Below, in pieces: positions 9,550 to 20,476 of a DNA stretch of 64,000 bases. The position numbers and the translations under genes are program-made. The DNA lies in contig DATMKQ010000298.1 in assembly GCA_035571275.1 (NCBI GenBank), forward strand, positions 1,013-65,012, in the 5' to 3' direction. The stretch's first letter is position 1, and the number at the start of each line of letters is the position of its first letter. Source of the DNA: Trebonia sp. (lineage in GTDB: Bacteria; Actinomycetota; Actinomycetes; Streptosporangiales; Streptosporangiaceae). Below the pieces are notes generated by a model, which saw nothing but the letters and a program-made list of their open reading frames with translations, did not search any database and was not told the DNA's origin.

Positions 9550-12500
9550 CTACCCGGGGCTACCCGGGCGGCGGCGCTTGCGACGCCGCGACACGCGAGC
9601 CCATAGCAGGGAACCCGGCAGCACGGAAAGGATGCCGCCGAGGGCCAGCCCCGCCTGGGCACCGCCGACCGTCGCCGCGCCGCCAAAGCCGGGAGGAGGT
9701 GTTTGCGTGGCGGTCGCACTGTTGCTCGGCGTCGCTGTCGAGGTGGCCGTGGAAGTCGCCGGCGGGGTCTGCGTCTGCGTCGGCGTCGGCGGCCCGGTGG
9801 GGAACGTCTGCGTGGCCGTCGGAGTCGGGGACTGGGTCGGGCCGTGGCCGTGACCGTGGCCAGGCGGCTGCGTCGGGCAGTTGAAGATGAAGTGCCCCTG
9901 CGTGCAGTTTTGGTTGTGCGGCTTCTTCTTCGGTGGCTTCTTCTTCGGCAGGTTGCCTACCTGGTTCCACTTGGCGCCGGTGAACACCGGCGACTGGAAC
10001 GGTTCGGCCGGCAGCTTCAGGAACACGTTCTGCGCGAACGTGTTCCAGATCCGGGCCGGCCAGTATCCACCGAACCCACCGCCTACGTTCCCGCCGAGTC
10101 CGTTCAGCGTCTCGGTCGTCGTCGGGGCCTGGCTCTCGGTGAAGATGCCCACGGCAAGCGCGTACTGCGGGATGGCGCCGATGAAGAACGCGGACAGCGC
10201 GCTGTTGGTGGTACCGGTCTTGCCGATGATCGGCCGACCGTCGCTCATCGCCGCGGCGGTACCGGTCCCGTCTACGGTGGTGGCCTCCATCGCGTACTGC
10301 ACCTGCGAGTCCAGCGCGGGGCTGAGCACCACCTGGGTGCTGACAATGCCGTGCTGCACAGGACCGCCGGGCGCCTGATACCAGTCGACGACATGGGCCG
10401 AGTGGTGGGTGCCGTTGTCGTCGATCGTGGCCAGCATCGAGTCCTGCTCGTTGACCGTGAGCGGGGCGATGCCGAGCGCCATGCCGACCTCATGCTCATA
10501 GGTGGCCAGGCCAGACCCGCCGTCCTTATATGGCTCCAGGTTCACGCCCATCTCTCCCGCCACCTGCACGATTTGCGGGGTGCCGACCCGGTGCGTGAGG
10601 TCGGCGAAGGCGGTGTTGGAGCTCTGGGCGAGCGCGTTCTGGACGTTCATCGGTCCGAAGACCACGTTCCCGTCGTTGGGAATCTCGTAGGCGCCAGGCT
10701 CGGCCTTGGCCGCGGACCGGGCCGACAGCATCATCTGGTAGGGCGGCTGGTCCTGCGGGACCCACAGCGGGCTGAAGCCGTTCAGGATGCTGGTCTTGAC
10801 GTTCATGCCCTCGCTCACGGCGGTCGCCAGCACGAACGGCTTGAACGACGACCCGACCTGTTCCCTGGCGTAAACCGCGGTGTTGTCGTCGCAGTGATAC
10901 TTGAGGCACTGCGACTTGGACATGTTCTGGCCGCGGCCCGGGTACATGGCCACTATGGCCCCGGTCGCCGGGTTCTGCAGCTCGGCGCCGACAAGCGCGT
11001 ACGGCGGCAGCGCGCCGCCGTCTTGCTTCATCAGCGTCTCGTTCTGGTCCACGGCACTGTACAGCTGAACTTCCATCGGCCGGCTGATCGTTGTGACGAT
11101 CTTGTACCCACCGGTCTCCAACTGGGCCAGCGACAGCTTTTCGACTCCCTCGAGCTCGTTGGCGACCACGTTCATGATGTACGGGGCCCACGGGTCGTTG
11201 CTGCTCGAGGTTCCCTGCTGCTGCGTACCCGAGTCGGTGAGCATCTTCGGGAACTTCTCGCCGTTAGCCGCCGCCGGAGACAGCTTTCCCATCTTCACCA
11301 TGCCGTCGAGCACGTAGTGCCAGCGGTTGATCAGCTCGGGCCGGTACTGCGGCTGCCAGTAGTTGCTCGGCTGCTGGATGATCGCCGCGATGACCGCCGC
11401 TTGCGCGACGGTCAGCTTCGACACCGGCACCCCGAAGTACGTCTGCGACGCGGCCGCCACACCGTAAGCGTTGTCCCCCAGGTCGATCGTGTTCATGAAG
11501 TTGGTGAGAATCCACTGCTTGGACTTCTCTTTTGAGATCTTAATCGCGACGAAGGCTTCTTTGATCTTCCGGCCTAGCGTCTGCTGGGTACCGATGCCCG
11601 CGTAGTACTGCCTGACGAACTCCTGGGTGATGGTCGAACCTCCGGACAGCGAGCCGCCGCTGCCGGTGAGGTCGTCCCAGGCGGCCCGCAAGATACCGGT
11701 CGGAGAGATGCCGCCCTCCGTCATGAAGCTACGGTCTTCCGCCGCCATCACCGCGTCGTCCATCACCGCCGGGATCTGGTTCCAGTTAAGGATCTGCCGG
11801 TCAAAGATGGCGAAGGTGCCGATGGGGGTCTTGCCGTCGCTGTAGTACACCGTCGAGTTCTGGTACGTGTCCGCGACCAGTTCCTGCGTCGGGAGCTGCG
11901 TGGAGTGGTACTCGTACTCGTAGGCCCCGATGAGCAGCAGGAAGAAGAGCACGAACGCCGAGCCGACGACAGCGGCCGCCTTCTTCCATGTCCAGTGCCG
12001 CCACCAGCGGCCCTTCATCTTGGCTCGACCGCGGCCGCCGGGACCGCCGGGACCCGCGCCGCGCCCGCCGCGCCCCGGGCCACGACGTCCTGGCCCGCCC
12101 GGGCCTCCTGGCCCGGGCGCCCCGGGCGGCCCGGGCGGGCCGTACCCGCTGCCCGGACCGTTGCCGTAGGCGGCCGTCGGGTCAGCGCCGCCGTAGTATC
12201 CCTGGCCGCCGGGCGGCCCGTAGCTAGCCGCCGCCCCGAACTCAGCTCCCGCTCCCGCGCCGTAGTCCGCCCGCGTCGCGTCGCCAGGCGTGGCGTCCCT
12301 GTCGGCCCCGCGCGAGCCGGCGCCGCTGCCCGGGGAGTTCTGCCAGCCCTTGTCGTCGGCCCAGTAGCTATAGCCGCCGTCGCCTCGCGGGCCGTTGCCG
12401 TCGGTACGGACCGCGCCGTTCAGTCCGGTCTCGTAGTCCGAGTCGATGCCCGAGTCGCGCCAGAAACCGTCGTCCCCCCAGCCTTCCGGCTCGGGGTACT

Positions 12501-12702
12501 TCCCGGCTTTCCCGTTCCCGGGCTTGCCGTTCCCGCGCGCGTAGCCGCCGCGAGAGCCATCACCGTTCCGGCCTGCGCTGTGTCTGCCCGTCTCCCGCGC
12601 CCCGGAACCTCCAGCGCCGGCACCTCGCCCGCCGCCAAGGTACTCGTTAGCTCCCCGCCCTCCAGCGGGCCGATTCGGCCCGTCAAAGTCGTTGCTACTC
12701 AC
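9550..12702 (-). CDS. ponA: Class A penicillin-binding protein (transglycosylase/transpeptidase)
   Basis: AAEDRSF, GGSTITQE, RKIKE; SSFK, SSN and KTG motifs; Gly-rich N-terminus, Pro/Thr-rich C-terminus. Confidence 0.92.
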   Translation of the reverse strand: MSSNDFDGPNRPAGGRGANEYLGGGRGAGAGGSGARETGRHSAGRNGDGSRGGYARGNGKPGNGKAGKYPEPEGWGDDGFWRDSGIDSDYETGLNGAVRTDGNGPRGDGGYSYWADDKGWQNSPGSGAGSRGADRDATPGDATRADYGAGAGAEFGAAASYGPPGGQGYYGGADPTAAYGNGPGSGYGPPGPPGAPGPGGPGGPGRRGPGRGGRGAGPGGPGGRGRAKMKGRWWRHWTWKKAAAVVGSAFVLFFLLLIGAYEYEYHSTQLPTQELVADTYQNSTVYYSDGKTPIGTFAIFDRQILNWNQIPAVMDDAVMAAEDRSFMTEGGISPTGILRAAWDDLTGSGGSLSGGSTITQEFVRQYYAGIGTQQTLGRKIKEAFVAIKISKEKSKQWILTNFMNTIDLGDNAYGVAAASQTYFGVPVSKLTVAQAAVIAAIIQQPSNYWQPQYRPELINRWHYVLDGMVKMGKLSPAAANGEKFPKMLTDSGTQQQGTSSSNDPWAPYIMNVVANELEGVEKLSLAQLETGGYKIVTTISRPMEVQLYSAVDQNETLMKQDGGALPPYALVGAELQNPATGAIVAMYPGRGQNMSKSQCLKYHCDDNTAVYAREQVGSSFKPFVLATAVSEGMNVKTSILNGFSPLWVPQDQPPYQMMLSARSAAKAEPGAYEIPNDGNVVFGPMNVQNALAQSSNTAFADLTHRVGTPQIVQVAGEMGVNLEPYKDGGSGLATYEHEVGMALGIAPLTVNEQDSMLATIDDNGTHHSAHVVDWYQAPGGPVQHGIVSTQVVLSPALDSQVQYAMEATTVDGTGTAAAMSDGRPIIGKTGTTNSALSAFFIGAIPQYALAVGIFTESQAPTTTETLNGLGGNVGGGFGGYWPARIWNTFAQNVFLKLPAEPFQSPVFTGAKWNQVGNLPKKKPPKKKPHNQNCTQGHFIFNCPTQPPGHGHGHGPTQSPTPTATQTFPTGPPTPTQTQTPPATSTATSTATPSNSATATQTPPPGFGGAATVGGAQAGLALGGILSVLPGSLLWARVSRRRKRRRPGSPG

Positions 12703-12912
12703 ACGTCCCTCGCTGTGGCTGTGAGCGGGCCCGCAGGCCCGCTCCTGGCTGGGATGTCGTCAGGCCCGATCAGGCACGCGCATCGAGACGGCGAGCGACC
12801 CGGCCCGCCGAACCCACACGTTACACGCTGCCGTGAACCGTCCTGGCTCGTTCGGCAATTGCCTCCTTGTGACGTAACCGGAGCGTCCGCGCCACGTCAC
12901 AGGCTGCTTCAG

Positions 12913-13317
12913 CTACTGGCCGCTCCGTGCGCGGCGCCCGCGGCGCGCGGGCGGCTCGCCAGTGCCGAGCACGTACGACGTAGCGAGGTGGTTCCAGCCA
13001 CAACTTTGACAGACCTCGACGACGTAGACCCTGAATTCCCCGTATTCCGCTGCCATCTCCGTCAACTCGGGTCCTCGCTTGACCCGCCCCGCGTACTGAC
13101 CGAGCTCGTCCCCGTAGACATAGGTGACGTGCGTGAGCTTGGTCTTGCGGCAGATCGGGCAGCCGACGTCGGTCGTCTCGCCGTGGAATTTGGCCGCGCG
13201 CAACAGGTACGGGTGCGCGTCGCAGACATCGGCGACCGTCGTGTGGCCCGCGTACACCGACGCCAGTGTCGCGCGCCGGGCAAGCCCGTAGTCCACAACG
13301 GATCGCCGTGATGCCAT
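12913..13317 (-). CDS. DUF5318 family protein
   Basis: RSVVDY.LARRA.L, VCDAHPYLLRAAKFHG, CPIC, VVEVCQSCGWNHL. Confidence 0.85.
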   Translation of the reverse strand: MASRRSVVDYGLARRATLASVYAGHTTVADVCDAHPYLLRAAKFHGETTDVGCPICRKTKLTHVTYVYGDELGQYAGRVKRGPELTEMAAEYGEFRVYVVEVCQSCGWNHLATSYVLGTGEPPARRGRRARSGQ

Positions 13318-13434
13318 GTCCCACAGGGTACGTCGGAAAGCCCCGCCAAGCCGAGCCTGCGGCACAGTCCGGGGCTCGCTCAGCGCGACCGGTTGCCGGA
13401 TCAGACACCGTTGCGTATGCTGTGACCGTTCGAC

Positions 13435-13485
13435 TCGATATATCGAACCGAGATATCGGCAAGAGATATCGACTTGATACACCTA
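13435..13485. promoter_or_regulatory. Tandem palindromic operator array (13-bp period) upstream of padR-ino1
   Basis: TCGATATATCGA 13435, CCGAGATATCGG 13448, AAGAGATATCGA 13461, degenerate TTGATACACCTA 13474. Confidence 0.65.
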
Positions 13486-13508
13486 ACCATAACCGCCGGG
13501 GGGATGCC

Positions 13509-14204
13509 GTGGGCCGTAACCGGACAGGCGTACTGGAATTCGCGGTGCTCGGGTTGCTGCACCGGGCGCCGATGCACGGCTACGAGCTCAGCAAGCAGCT
13601 GAATGTGCTGCTCGGCACGTTCCGAGCGCTGTCCTACGGGACCTTGTATCCCTGCCTGAACAAGCTGTACGCCGAGGGCCTCATCGCCAAAGAAGACGAC
13701 GCGGCCGCGGCAGAAGCACGGCAAGCGGCGCGGGCGGCTTCGCCCGCGCGAGCGGGCCGGGCCGGCCGGTCGAAGATCGTCTACCGGCTGACCGCCGAGG
13801 GCAAGGAGCGGTTCCAGGACCTGCTCGCCGATTCGGGTCCCGCCGCCTGGGAAGACGACGAGTTCGGCGTGCACTTCGCATTCTTCGGCCAGACCAGGGC
13901 CGACATCCGGCTGCGGATCCTCGAAGGCCGTCGGAGCCGACTCGAAGACCGGATGGAAGGGGTGCGGGCGGCCCTCGCGCGCACCAGGGAGCGGGTCGAC
14001 AGCTACACCCTTGAGCTTCAGCGTCACGGCCTTGAGTCGGTGGAGCGCGAGGTGCGGTGGCTCAACGAGCTGATCGCCTCCGAACGGCAGTCAGAGGCCG
14101 GCTGGTCTCCGCCAACAGGAAAAACCAGCAGCGCCGCGAGCGGACCCTACCCGCCCGCGGACCAGACCGACATGGATCGCGAAAGCGAGAAGGAGTCATC
14201 CTGA
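13509..14204 (+). CDS. PadR family transcriptional regulator
   Basis: [37 protein letters not shown]; stop overlaps the ino1 start. Confidence 0.92.
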   Translation: MGRNRTGVLEFAVLGLLHRAPMHGYELSKQLNVLLGTFRALSYGTLYPCLNKLYAEGLIAKEDDAAAAEARQAARAASPARAGRAGRSKIVYRLTAEGKERFQDLLADSGPAAWEDDEFGVHFAFFGQTRADIRLRILEGRRSRLEDRMEGVRAALARTRERVDSYTLELQRHGLESVEREVRWLNELIASERQSEAGWSPPTGKTSSAASGPYPPADQTDMDRESEKESS

Positions 14205-15283
14205 TGGGTACAGTGCGCGTCGCCATCGTGGGGGTGGGCAACTGCGCGAGCTCGCTCGTCCAGGGCCTTGAGTATTACAAGGACGCCGACGATGCAGTTC
14301 GCGTGCCAGGCCTCATGCATGTGCGGTTTGGCGACTATCACGTGTCTGACATCGAGGTGGTCGCCGCCTTCGACGTGGACGCTAAGAAGGTTGGCCGCGA
14401 CGTCGCGGAGGCGATCTACGCCAGCGAGAACAACACGATCAAATTCGCCGAGGTGCCGCCGACCGGCGTGCTCGTGCAGCGCGGACCGACATTCGACGGG
14501 CTCGGCGAGTACTACAGGGAGATCATCACCGAGTCCGACGAGCCAGCCGTTGACGTGGTGGCGGCGCTGCGTGAGGCCCGCGCAGACGTTCTGGTGAGCT
14601 ACCTGCCGGTGGGCTCGGAGCAGGCGGACCGGTTCTACGCGCAATGCGCGATCGACGCCAAGGTCGCGTTCGTCAACGCGCTCCCCGTGTTCATCGCCTC
14701 CGACCCGGTGTGGGCGGCCAAGTTCGCTAAGGCGGGCGTCCCGATCGTGGGCGACGACATCAAGTCGCAGGTCGGCGCCACGATCACGCACCGCGTGCTG
14801 GCCAAGCTGTTCGAGGACCGCGGGGTCGAGCTGATGCGTACCTACCAGCTCAACTTCGGCGGCAACATGGACTTCATGAACATGCTGGAGCGCAGCCGCC
14901 TGATGTCGAAGAAGATCTCCAAGACCCAGGCCGTGACCTCCCAGGTGCCGCACGAGATGGAGAAGGCAGCCGTGCACATCGGTCCGTCCGACCACGTGCC
15001 GTGGCTGGACGACAGGAAGTTCGCCTACGTTCGGCTTGAGGGCAGGTCCTTCGGCGACGTCCCGCTCAACCTTGAGTACAAGCTCGAGGTCTGGGACTCG
15101 CCGAACTCGGCCGGCGTCATCATCGACGCGCTCCGCGCCGCGAAGATCGCCAAGGACCGCGGCATCGGCGGACCGGTGATCTCGGCGAGCTCCTACTTCA
15201 TGAAGTCGCCGCCCGAGCAGTTCGGCGACGACGTGTGCCACGACCTGGTAGAGAAGTTCATCGCGGGCGAAGTCGAGCGCTAA
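14204..15283 (+). CDS. ino1: Myo-inositol-1-phosphate synthase
   Basis: [50 protein letters not shown]. Confidence 0.96.
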   Translation: MGTVRVAIVGVGNCASSLVQGLEYYKDADDAVRVPGLMHVRFGDYHVSDIEVVAAFDVDAKKVGRDVAEAIYASENNTIKFAEVPPTGVLVQRGPTFDGLGEYYREIITESDEPAVDVVAALREARADVLVSYLPVGSEQADRFYAQCAIDAKVAFVNALPVFIASDPVWAAKFAKAGVPIVGDDIKSQVGATITHRVLAKLFEDRGVELMRTYQLNFGGNMDFMNMLERSRLMSKKISKTQAVTSQVPHEMEKAAVHIGPSDHVPWLDDRKFAYVRLEGRSFGDVPLNLEYKLEVWDSPNSAGVIIDALRAAKIAKDRGIGGPVISASSYFMKSPPEQFGDDVCHDLVEKFIAGEVER

Positions 15284-15298
15284 CCAGCGCCAACGCGC

Positions 15299-15341
15299 TA
15301 ATCGCGGGCCGGCCAACGGCGTCCGGCCCGCGATTACTTTT
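15299..15341 (+). terminator. Intrinsic terminator after ino1
   Basis: TAATCGCGGGCCGG...CCGGCCCGCGATTA stem followed by CTTTT. Confidence 0.75.
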
Positions 15342-15399
15342 GTCCGGACTTAGCTGGCGGCCGGCAAGCTCCCGTAGCGTCCGGCACTAAGCTAAGCAG

Positions 15400-16824
15400 G
15401 TGTCCGAAGGGGCGGAACGAGATGGCACGGTGCCCGGTAGCGCAGGGGACGCCGTAACCGCTGGCGCGCCGGAGCGCGGGTCCTCATACATCGCCGACCT
15501 CAGGGTCGTGCTCGCGGAACGGGACTTCCGCAAGCTGTTCGCCTGCCGGCTCGTCTCGCAGACGGGTGACGGCGTTTTCAACGCCGGCTTCGCCGCCTAT
15601 GCGTTCTTCGACGCGCAGTCGTTTCCCAACCCGGCCCGCGCGGTATACGCGTTCACCGTGCTCTACCTGCCGTACTCGCTGATCGGCCCGTTCGCGGGGG
15701 TCTTCATCGACCGCTGGTCGCGGCGGCAGATCATCGTGTGGGGGGCGCTGATCCGGGCCGCGATGGTGGGGGTGACCGGCTTCGTCGTGCTGAGCGGGCA
15801 GACCGGCTGGCCGCTGTACGTGTGCGCGCTCGCCGTGCTCGGCGTCAACAGATTCTTCCTGTCCGCCGTCAGCGCGGGCACGCCGCACGTGGTGCAAAAC
15901 GACAAGCTGGTGATGGCGAACGCGGTCGCGCCGACCACCGGCACGATCCTCGGGTTCGTCGGCGGCGTGGTCGGCCTCGGCGTCCACTTCGCGACGGGCG
16001 GCGGGCTGGCCGGCTCGGCGGCCACGCTGTGGTTCGGCGGCGTCTGCTACGTGGCCGCGTCGTTCCTCGGCATGCGCATGTCCCGGGACCTGCTCGGTCC
16101 GCGCCGGGGCACAGGCGACGATCCGGCGCCCGCCACAGCGGGCGTCTGGTCCGACCTGATGGACGTCGCGCGCGGCCTGGTCGCCGGGCTCAAGCATCTC
16201 GGCAAGCGCAAGAAGGCCGCCTACGCGCTGGGCGCGGTCACCGTGCACCGGGCGCTGTACGGGACGCTGCTGGTCGCTGCGCTGCTGCTGTACAGGAACT
16301 ACTTCTACCACGGCAGCAACGGGAACAACGCGCTCGGCCACGCGACGCTGCTCGTGATTACCTCGGCGATCGGGTTCGGGCTGGCGGCCGTGGTCACGCC
16401 GCAGGGCGTCAAGCGCGTCGGCAAAGACGGCTGGATCACCACCTGGCTGGTCGTCGGCGCGATCGTCACGGTCGTTTTGGGCCCGACGTTCAACCAGGTC
16501 GCCTTCCTGATCCTCGGGTTCATGATGGGCCTGTCCGCCCAGTGCGTGAAGATCTGCGTGGACACGACCGTGCAGCAGGAGATCGACGACGCGTACATGG
16601 GCCGCGTCTTCTCGATCTACGACATGCTGTACAACGTCGCCTACGTCGTCGGCCCGGCGATCGCCGTGCCGTTCATACCGGACACCGGCAAGTCCTATGG
16701 GCTCGTGCTCGTGGTCGGCGCCCTGTACCTGGCGGCGGGCCTCGCGTACGGCGCGCTCACTCTGACGAAGACGCCGACGGGAGGATCCCCTCACGCCGCG
16801 CCCACCGCAGCAACTCGGCAGTGA
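15400..16824 (+). CDS. MFS transporter
   Basis: About 12 TM segments; GVFIDRWSRR motif A. Confidence 0.88.
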   Translation: MSEGAERDGTVPGSAGDAVTAGAPERGSSYIADLRVVLAERDFRKLFACRLVSQTGDGVFNAGFAAYAFFDAQSFPNPARAVYAFTVLYLPYSLIGPFAGVFIDRWSRRQIIVWGALIRAAMVGVTGFVVLSGQTGWPLYVCALAVLGVNRFFLSAVSAGTPHVVQNDKLVMANAVAPTTGTILGFVGGVVGLGVHFATGGGLAGSAATLWFGGVCYVAASFLGMRMSRDLLGPRRGTGDDPAPATAGVWSDLMDVARGLVAGLKHLGKRKKAAYALGAVTVHRALYGTLLVAALLLYRNYFYHGSNGNNALGHATLLVITSAIGFGLAAVVTPQGVKRVGKDGWITTWLVVGAIVTVVLGPTFNQVAFLILGFMMGLSAQCVKICVDTTVQQEIDDAYMGRVFSIYDMLYNVAYVVGPAIAVPFIPDTGKSYGLVLVVGALYLAAGLAYGALTLTKTPTGGSPHAAPTAATRQ

Positions 16825-18238
16825 CCCGTTCCCGGCCTAGTTCGCCCTCTTCGAGCCGCAACTCGAGCAGGTAGTTCCACGCCTGGCCGACCAGCGGCCC
16901 CGGCCGCAGGCCGAGCAGCGCCATGATCTCCACGCCGTCGAGCTCGGGCCTGATCTTGTCCAGCTCCTCCTTCTCGCGCAGCACCTCGATGCGCTCCTCG
17001 AGCGCGTCGTAGGCGGCGGCGAGCCTGGCGGCCTTGCGGGCGTTCCGCGTTGTGCAGTCCGCCCTGGTCAGCGCGTGCAACCTGGTCAGCAGCGGCCCCG
17101 CGTCACGCACATACCTGCGGACCGCGGAATCCGTCCACTCGCCGTCGCCGTAGCCGTGGAATCGCAGGTGCAGCTCGACGAGCCGGGACACCTCGGCGAC
17201 CACTTCCTTGCCGAACCTCAGCTCGCTCAGCCGCTTGCGCGCCATCTTCGCGCCTACTACCTCGTGGTGGTGGAAGGCCACCTTCCCGCCTGGCAGCAGG
17301 GTCCTGGTCTTCGGCTTGCCTATGTCGTGCAAGATCGCGGCGAGCCGCAGCACCAGGTCGCCGGACAGCCCGTATCTCGGCTCGAGGTCGATCGCCTGCC
17401 GCAGCACGACGAGGCTGTGCTCGTATACGTCCTTGTGCCGGTGGTGCTCGTCGACTTCCATCCGCAGCGCGGACACCTCGGGCAGCACCTGATCGGCGAC
17501 TCCCGTGCGGACCAGCAGGTCGATCCCCGCGGCCGGATCTGGCGTCAGCATCAGCTTGGTCAGCTCGTCGGTGATCCGCTCGGCGGAAACGATCGACAGC
17601 CGGTCGGCCTGTGCCCGCATCGCGTCCTGCACCTCGTCGACGACCCGGAACCCCAGCCCGGCGGCGAACCTGGCGGCGCGCAGGATCCGCAGCGGATCGT
17701 CGGAAAACGAGTCTTCCGGCCGGCCTGGCGTGCGGATCACGCCTTCCCCCAGCGCCGCCAGCCCGCCGAACGGGTCGACGAGCTCGTAGGACGGCAGCCG
17801 CGAGGCCATCGCGTTGATCGTGAAGTCGCGGCGGGCGAGATCCTCCTCAAGCGACGTGCCGTAGCTCACTTCTGGCTTGCGCGAGCGCGGCCCGTACCGC
17901 TCACTGCGGTAGGTGGTGATCTCGAAAACGGTGTCGCCCTTGCGCAGGCCGATCGTGCCGAAATCGATCCCCACCGTCCACGTCTTGTCCGCCCAGTTCC
18001 TGGTGAGCTCGAGCACCCGCTCGGGAACCGCGTCGGTGGTCAGGTCCAGGTCTCCCGGTTGGCGGCCAAGGAAGACGTCCCGCACCGGTCCACCGACGAG
18101 CGCCAGTTCGTGTCCGGCGCGCGCGAAAAGCTCGCCGAGCACGGCCGCGGATGGCGTGAGCGTACGCAGCAGCGCCGCCGCCGCCTTACGCTGGTCAGGC
18201 CGCATTGGGGCGATGGAGGTGGAGTCTGACACGGGCAT
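16757..18238 (-). CDS. CCA tRNA nucleotidyltransferase (HD domain)
   Basis: LVGGPVRD, DLDLTT, RRDFTINA, DDPLRILRAARF, LHDIGKP. Confidence 0.94.
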   Translation of the reverse strand: MPVSDSTSIAPMRPDQRKAAAALLRTLTPSAAVLGELFARAGHELALVGGPVRDVFLGRQPGDLDLTTDAVPERVLELTRNWADKTWTVGIDFGTIGLRKGDTVFEITTYRSERYGPRSRKPEVSYGTSLEEDLARRDFTINAMASRLPSYELVDPFGGLAALGEGVIRTPGRPEDSFSDDPLRILRAARFAAGLGFRVVDEVQDAMRAQADRLSIVSAERITDELTKLMLTPDPAAGIDLLVRTGVADQVLPEVSALRMEVDEHHRHKDVYEHSLVVLRQAIDLEPRYGLSGDLVLRLAAILHDIGKPKTRTLLPGGKVAFHHHEVVGAKMARKRLSELRFGKEVVAEVSRLVELHLRFHGYGDGEWTDSAVRRYVRDAGPLLTRLHALTRADCTTRNARKAARLAAAYDALEERIEVLREKEELDKIRPELDGVEIMALLGLRPGPLVGQAWNYLLELRLEEGELGRERVTAELLRWARREGILPSASSSE

Positions 18239-18280
18239 CGAGGCTAACTAGCCCAATCCTTTCCAGCGAACGGCAATAGC

Positions 18281-20476
18281 ATGCGAAGCGTGCGCACTGT
18301 CGGTCGTACCCTGATTGCTTGCTTCCTTGCTCTGGCCGGACCACTTCTCGCCGTACCGGCGATTGCGGCCCATGCCCAGGCAGCGGTAGCGCTCAACCAG
18401 TCATCCGGAACGGACGGTGCTTCCCCGCGCCAGCTCACCATCTCTATCGACGCGGTGAACCCCAGCTACGCGACTTCGACTTCGACCGTCACCGTGAGCG
18501 GGACGCTAACCAACGATACCGGCTCGCCCTTGCCGGGCATCCAGGTGCAGCTGCTTTCCGCGCAGCAATGGTTCACCACCCGGGCGGACATGGACAGCTA
18601 CGCGGCGGGAAACAACCTGGGCTACATATTTCCGCAACCCGAGTTCGATGCCACCTATGCGCTGCGCGGCACCTTGCACAGCGGCGCGACCGTGCGCTGG
18701 TCCGCGTCGTTCAGCGCCGCGGCGGCGGGCTACAGCACCTTCGGCGTGTACCCGCTCGCCGCGCAGGCCGAGTATGCGGACGGCACCCCCATCACCGCCG
18801 ACCGCACCTTCCTGCCGTTCTGGCCGGGCAAGGGCAGCGCGGATGCGCTCAACACCTCATGGATCTGGCCGCTGATCGATCAGCCACGGCGGGATCCGTG
18901 CCCGCAGACGCTAGCCACGAACTCGCTCGTCGGTAGCCTGAGTTCCGGGGGCCGGCTCAGCACGCTGCTTACCGTGGGTCAGCAATGGGCGCGGCGGGAT
19001 CACCTGACCTGGGCCGTGGACCCGGCGGTGCTCTCCGATGCGGAAGTGATGACCCATAACTACGCGGTGGGCGGTGACGCCACCTGCACCGGTTCGCCGC
19101 ACAAACCGGCCAGCAAGGCGGCCGCGAACTGGCTTACCGAGTTGAGCACCGGCACGGTGAACGACCCGATGTTCCTTACCCCGTACGCCGACGTCGACGT
19201 CTCGGCGCTGAGCCATGCCGGGCTCGATAACGACCTGAAGTCCGCCTACCATCTCGGCGAGACGGTGGCCCGCCAGATACTGTCCCGTCCGTTCGGGATA
19301 GACGGGGAGAGCAGTGGCGACGACGGGGCACCCGCGATCGCCTGGCCAGCCGACGGGGTCGCGGACGCGAGCGTGCTCGCCAGCCTCGCCAGCGACGGCC
19401 GCATTTCCTCTGTCGTGCTGAACAGCAGCCAGCTGCCCTCCACGGACGCCCCCTACGACAACGCCCTCGCGAAGACCACCACGCTGAGCGGGGGCTCGAT
19501 GCCGGTGCTGCTTGCCGACTCCGAGCTGACCGGGGTCATCGGCTCGGCCCCGGCCGGTTCGTCGGCTGGCGCGCAATTCACCGCCGAGCAGGATTTCCTT
19601 GCGCAGACCGCGATGATCTCCGCGGAGGCCCCTTTCTACAAGACCACGCGCGCCCTCGTGATCGCGCCGCCGCGGAACTGGGACCCGTCAGCGGCCGAGG
19701 CCTCCCGGTTGCTCGCGCTGACCGACTCGGCGCCGTGGCTGCGCAAGGTCCCGTTGTCCACCCAGACCATCGCCGCGGGCAAGCTGACGGCGCACAAGTC
19801 GCTGCCCGCCTACCGGATCGGGCCCGACGAGCTGAGCAGCGGCTACCTGGATCAGGTGCGGACCGTCGACTCGAACCTGGCGCTCTACGAGGACCTGATC
19901 TCCCATCCGTCACTCGACCTGCAGGAAACCCTCGAGGAGGCGACCGTCGCCACCGAGTCGACGGCCTGGCGCGGCGCGGGCGCGGCCACCGGCAGCCTGG
20001 CGCTCCAAAAACTCGGGACCTACCTGAACGACGGCACGCACTCGGTGCGGATCCTGACAGGGACGAAGCTGCTGCTGGCCGGTGAATCCGGGCCGGCACC
20101 GGTATCGGTGCAGAACACTGGGCTGTTGCCGGTTCAGGTCAGGCTCGTAGCGATACCGGAGAGCACCCAGCTCTCGGTCGGGAACATCAACGAAGTGATC
20201 ACGGTGCTGCCCAACAAGACGGCCCCCGTGCGGATGACGGTGCATTCCTCGGGCATCGGGACCACGGTGCTCCAGCTACAGTTGGAGACAAAGCACGAGT
20301 TGCCGATGACCTGGACCGCGCAGTCGCTGAGCGTCGAGGTCACCCGGTACGGGCGGGCTCTCCTCGTGCTCATCGGCGCGGCGCTGGGCGTTCTCGTGCT
20401 GGCGTCGGTGGCGCGGTGGGTCCACCGACGGCGGAGTGAGCGCACCGCAGACGGCAGATCTGGAGGCAGCGGATGA
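18281..20476 (+). CDS. Secreted/membrane-anchored protein (DUF6049-like)
   Basis: Signal peptide, GVYPL, WPL.D.P, LTWAVDP, PYADVD, C-terminal TM; conserved position upstream of murJ. Confidence 0.75.
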   Translation: MRSVRTVGRTLIACFLALAGPLLAVPAIAAHAQAAVALNQSSGTDGASPRQLTISIDAVNPSYATSTSTVTVSGTLTNDTGSPLPGIQVQLLSAQQWFTTRADMDSYAAGNNLGYIFPQPEFDATYALRGTLHSGATVRWSASFSAAAAGYSTFGVYPLAAQAEYADGTPITADRTFLPFWPGKGSADALNTSWIWPLIDQPRRDPCPQTLATNSLVGSLSSGGRLSTLLTVGQQWARRDHLTWAVDPAVLSDAEVMTHNYAVGGDATCTGSPHKPASKAAANWLTELSTGTVNDPMFLTPYADVDVSALSHAGLDNDLKSAYHLGETVARQILSRPFGIDGESSGDDGAPAIAWPADGVADASVLASLASDGRISSVVLNSSQLPSTDAPYDNALAKTTTLSGGSMPVLLADSELTGVIGSAPAGSSAGAQFTAEQDFLAQTAMISAEAPFYKTTRALVIAPPRNWDPSAAEASRLLALTDSAPWLRKVPLSTQTIAAGKLTAHKSLPAYRIGPDELSSGYLDQVRTVDSNLALYEDLISHPSLDLQETLEEATVATESTAWRGAGAATGSLALQKLGTYLNDGTHSVRILTGTKLLLAGESGPAPVSVQNTGLLPVQVRLVAIPESTQLSVGNINEVITVLPNKTAPVRMTVHSSGIGTTVLQLQLETKHELPMTWTAQSLSVEVTRYGRALLVLIGAALGVLVLASVARWVHRRRSERTADGRSGGSG

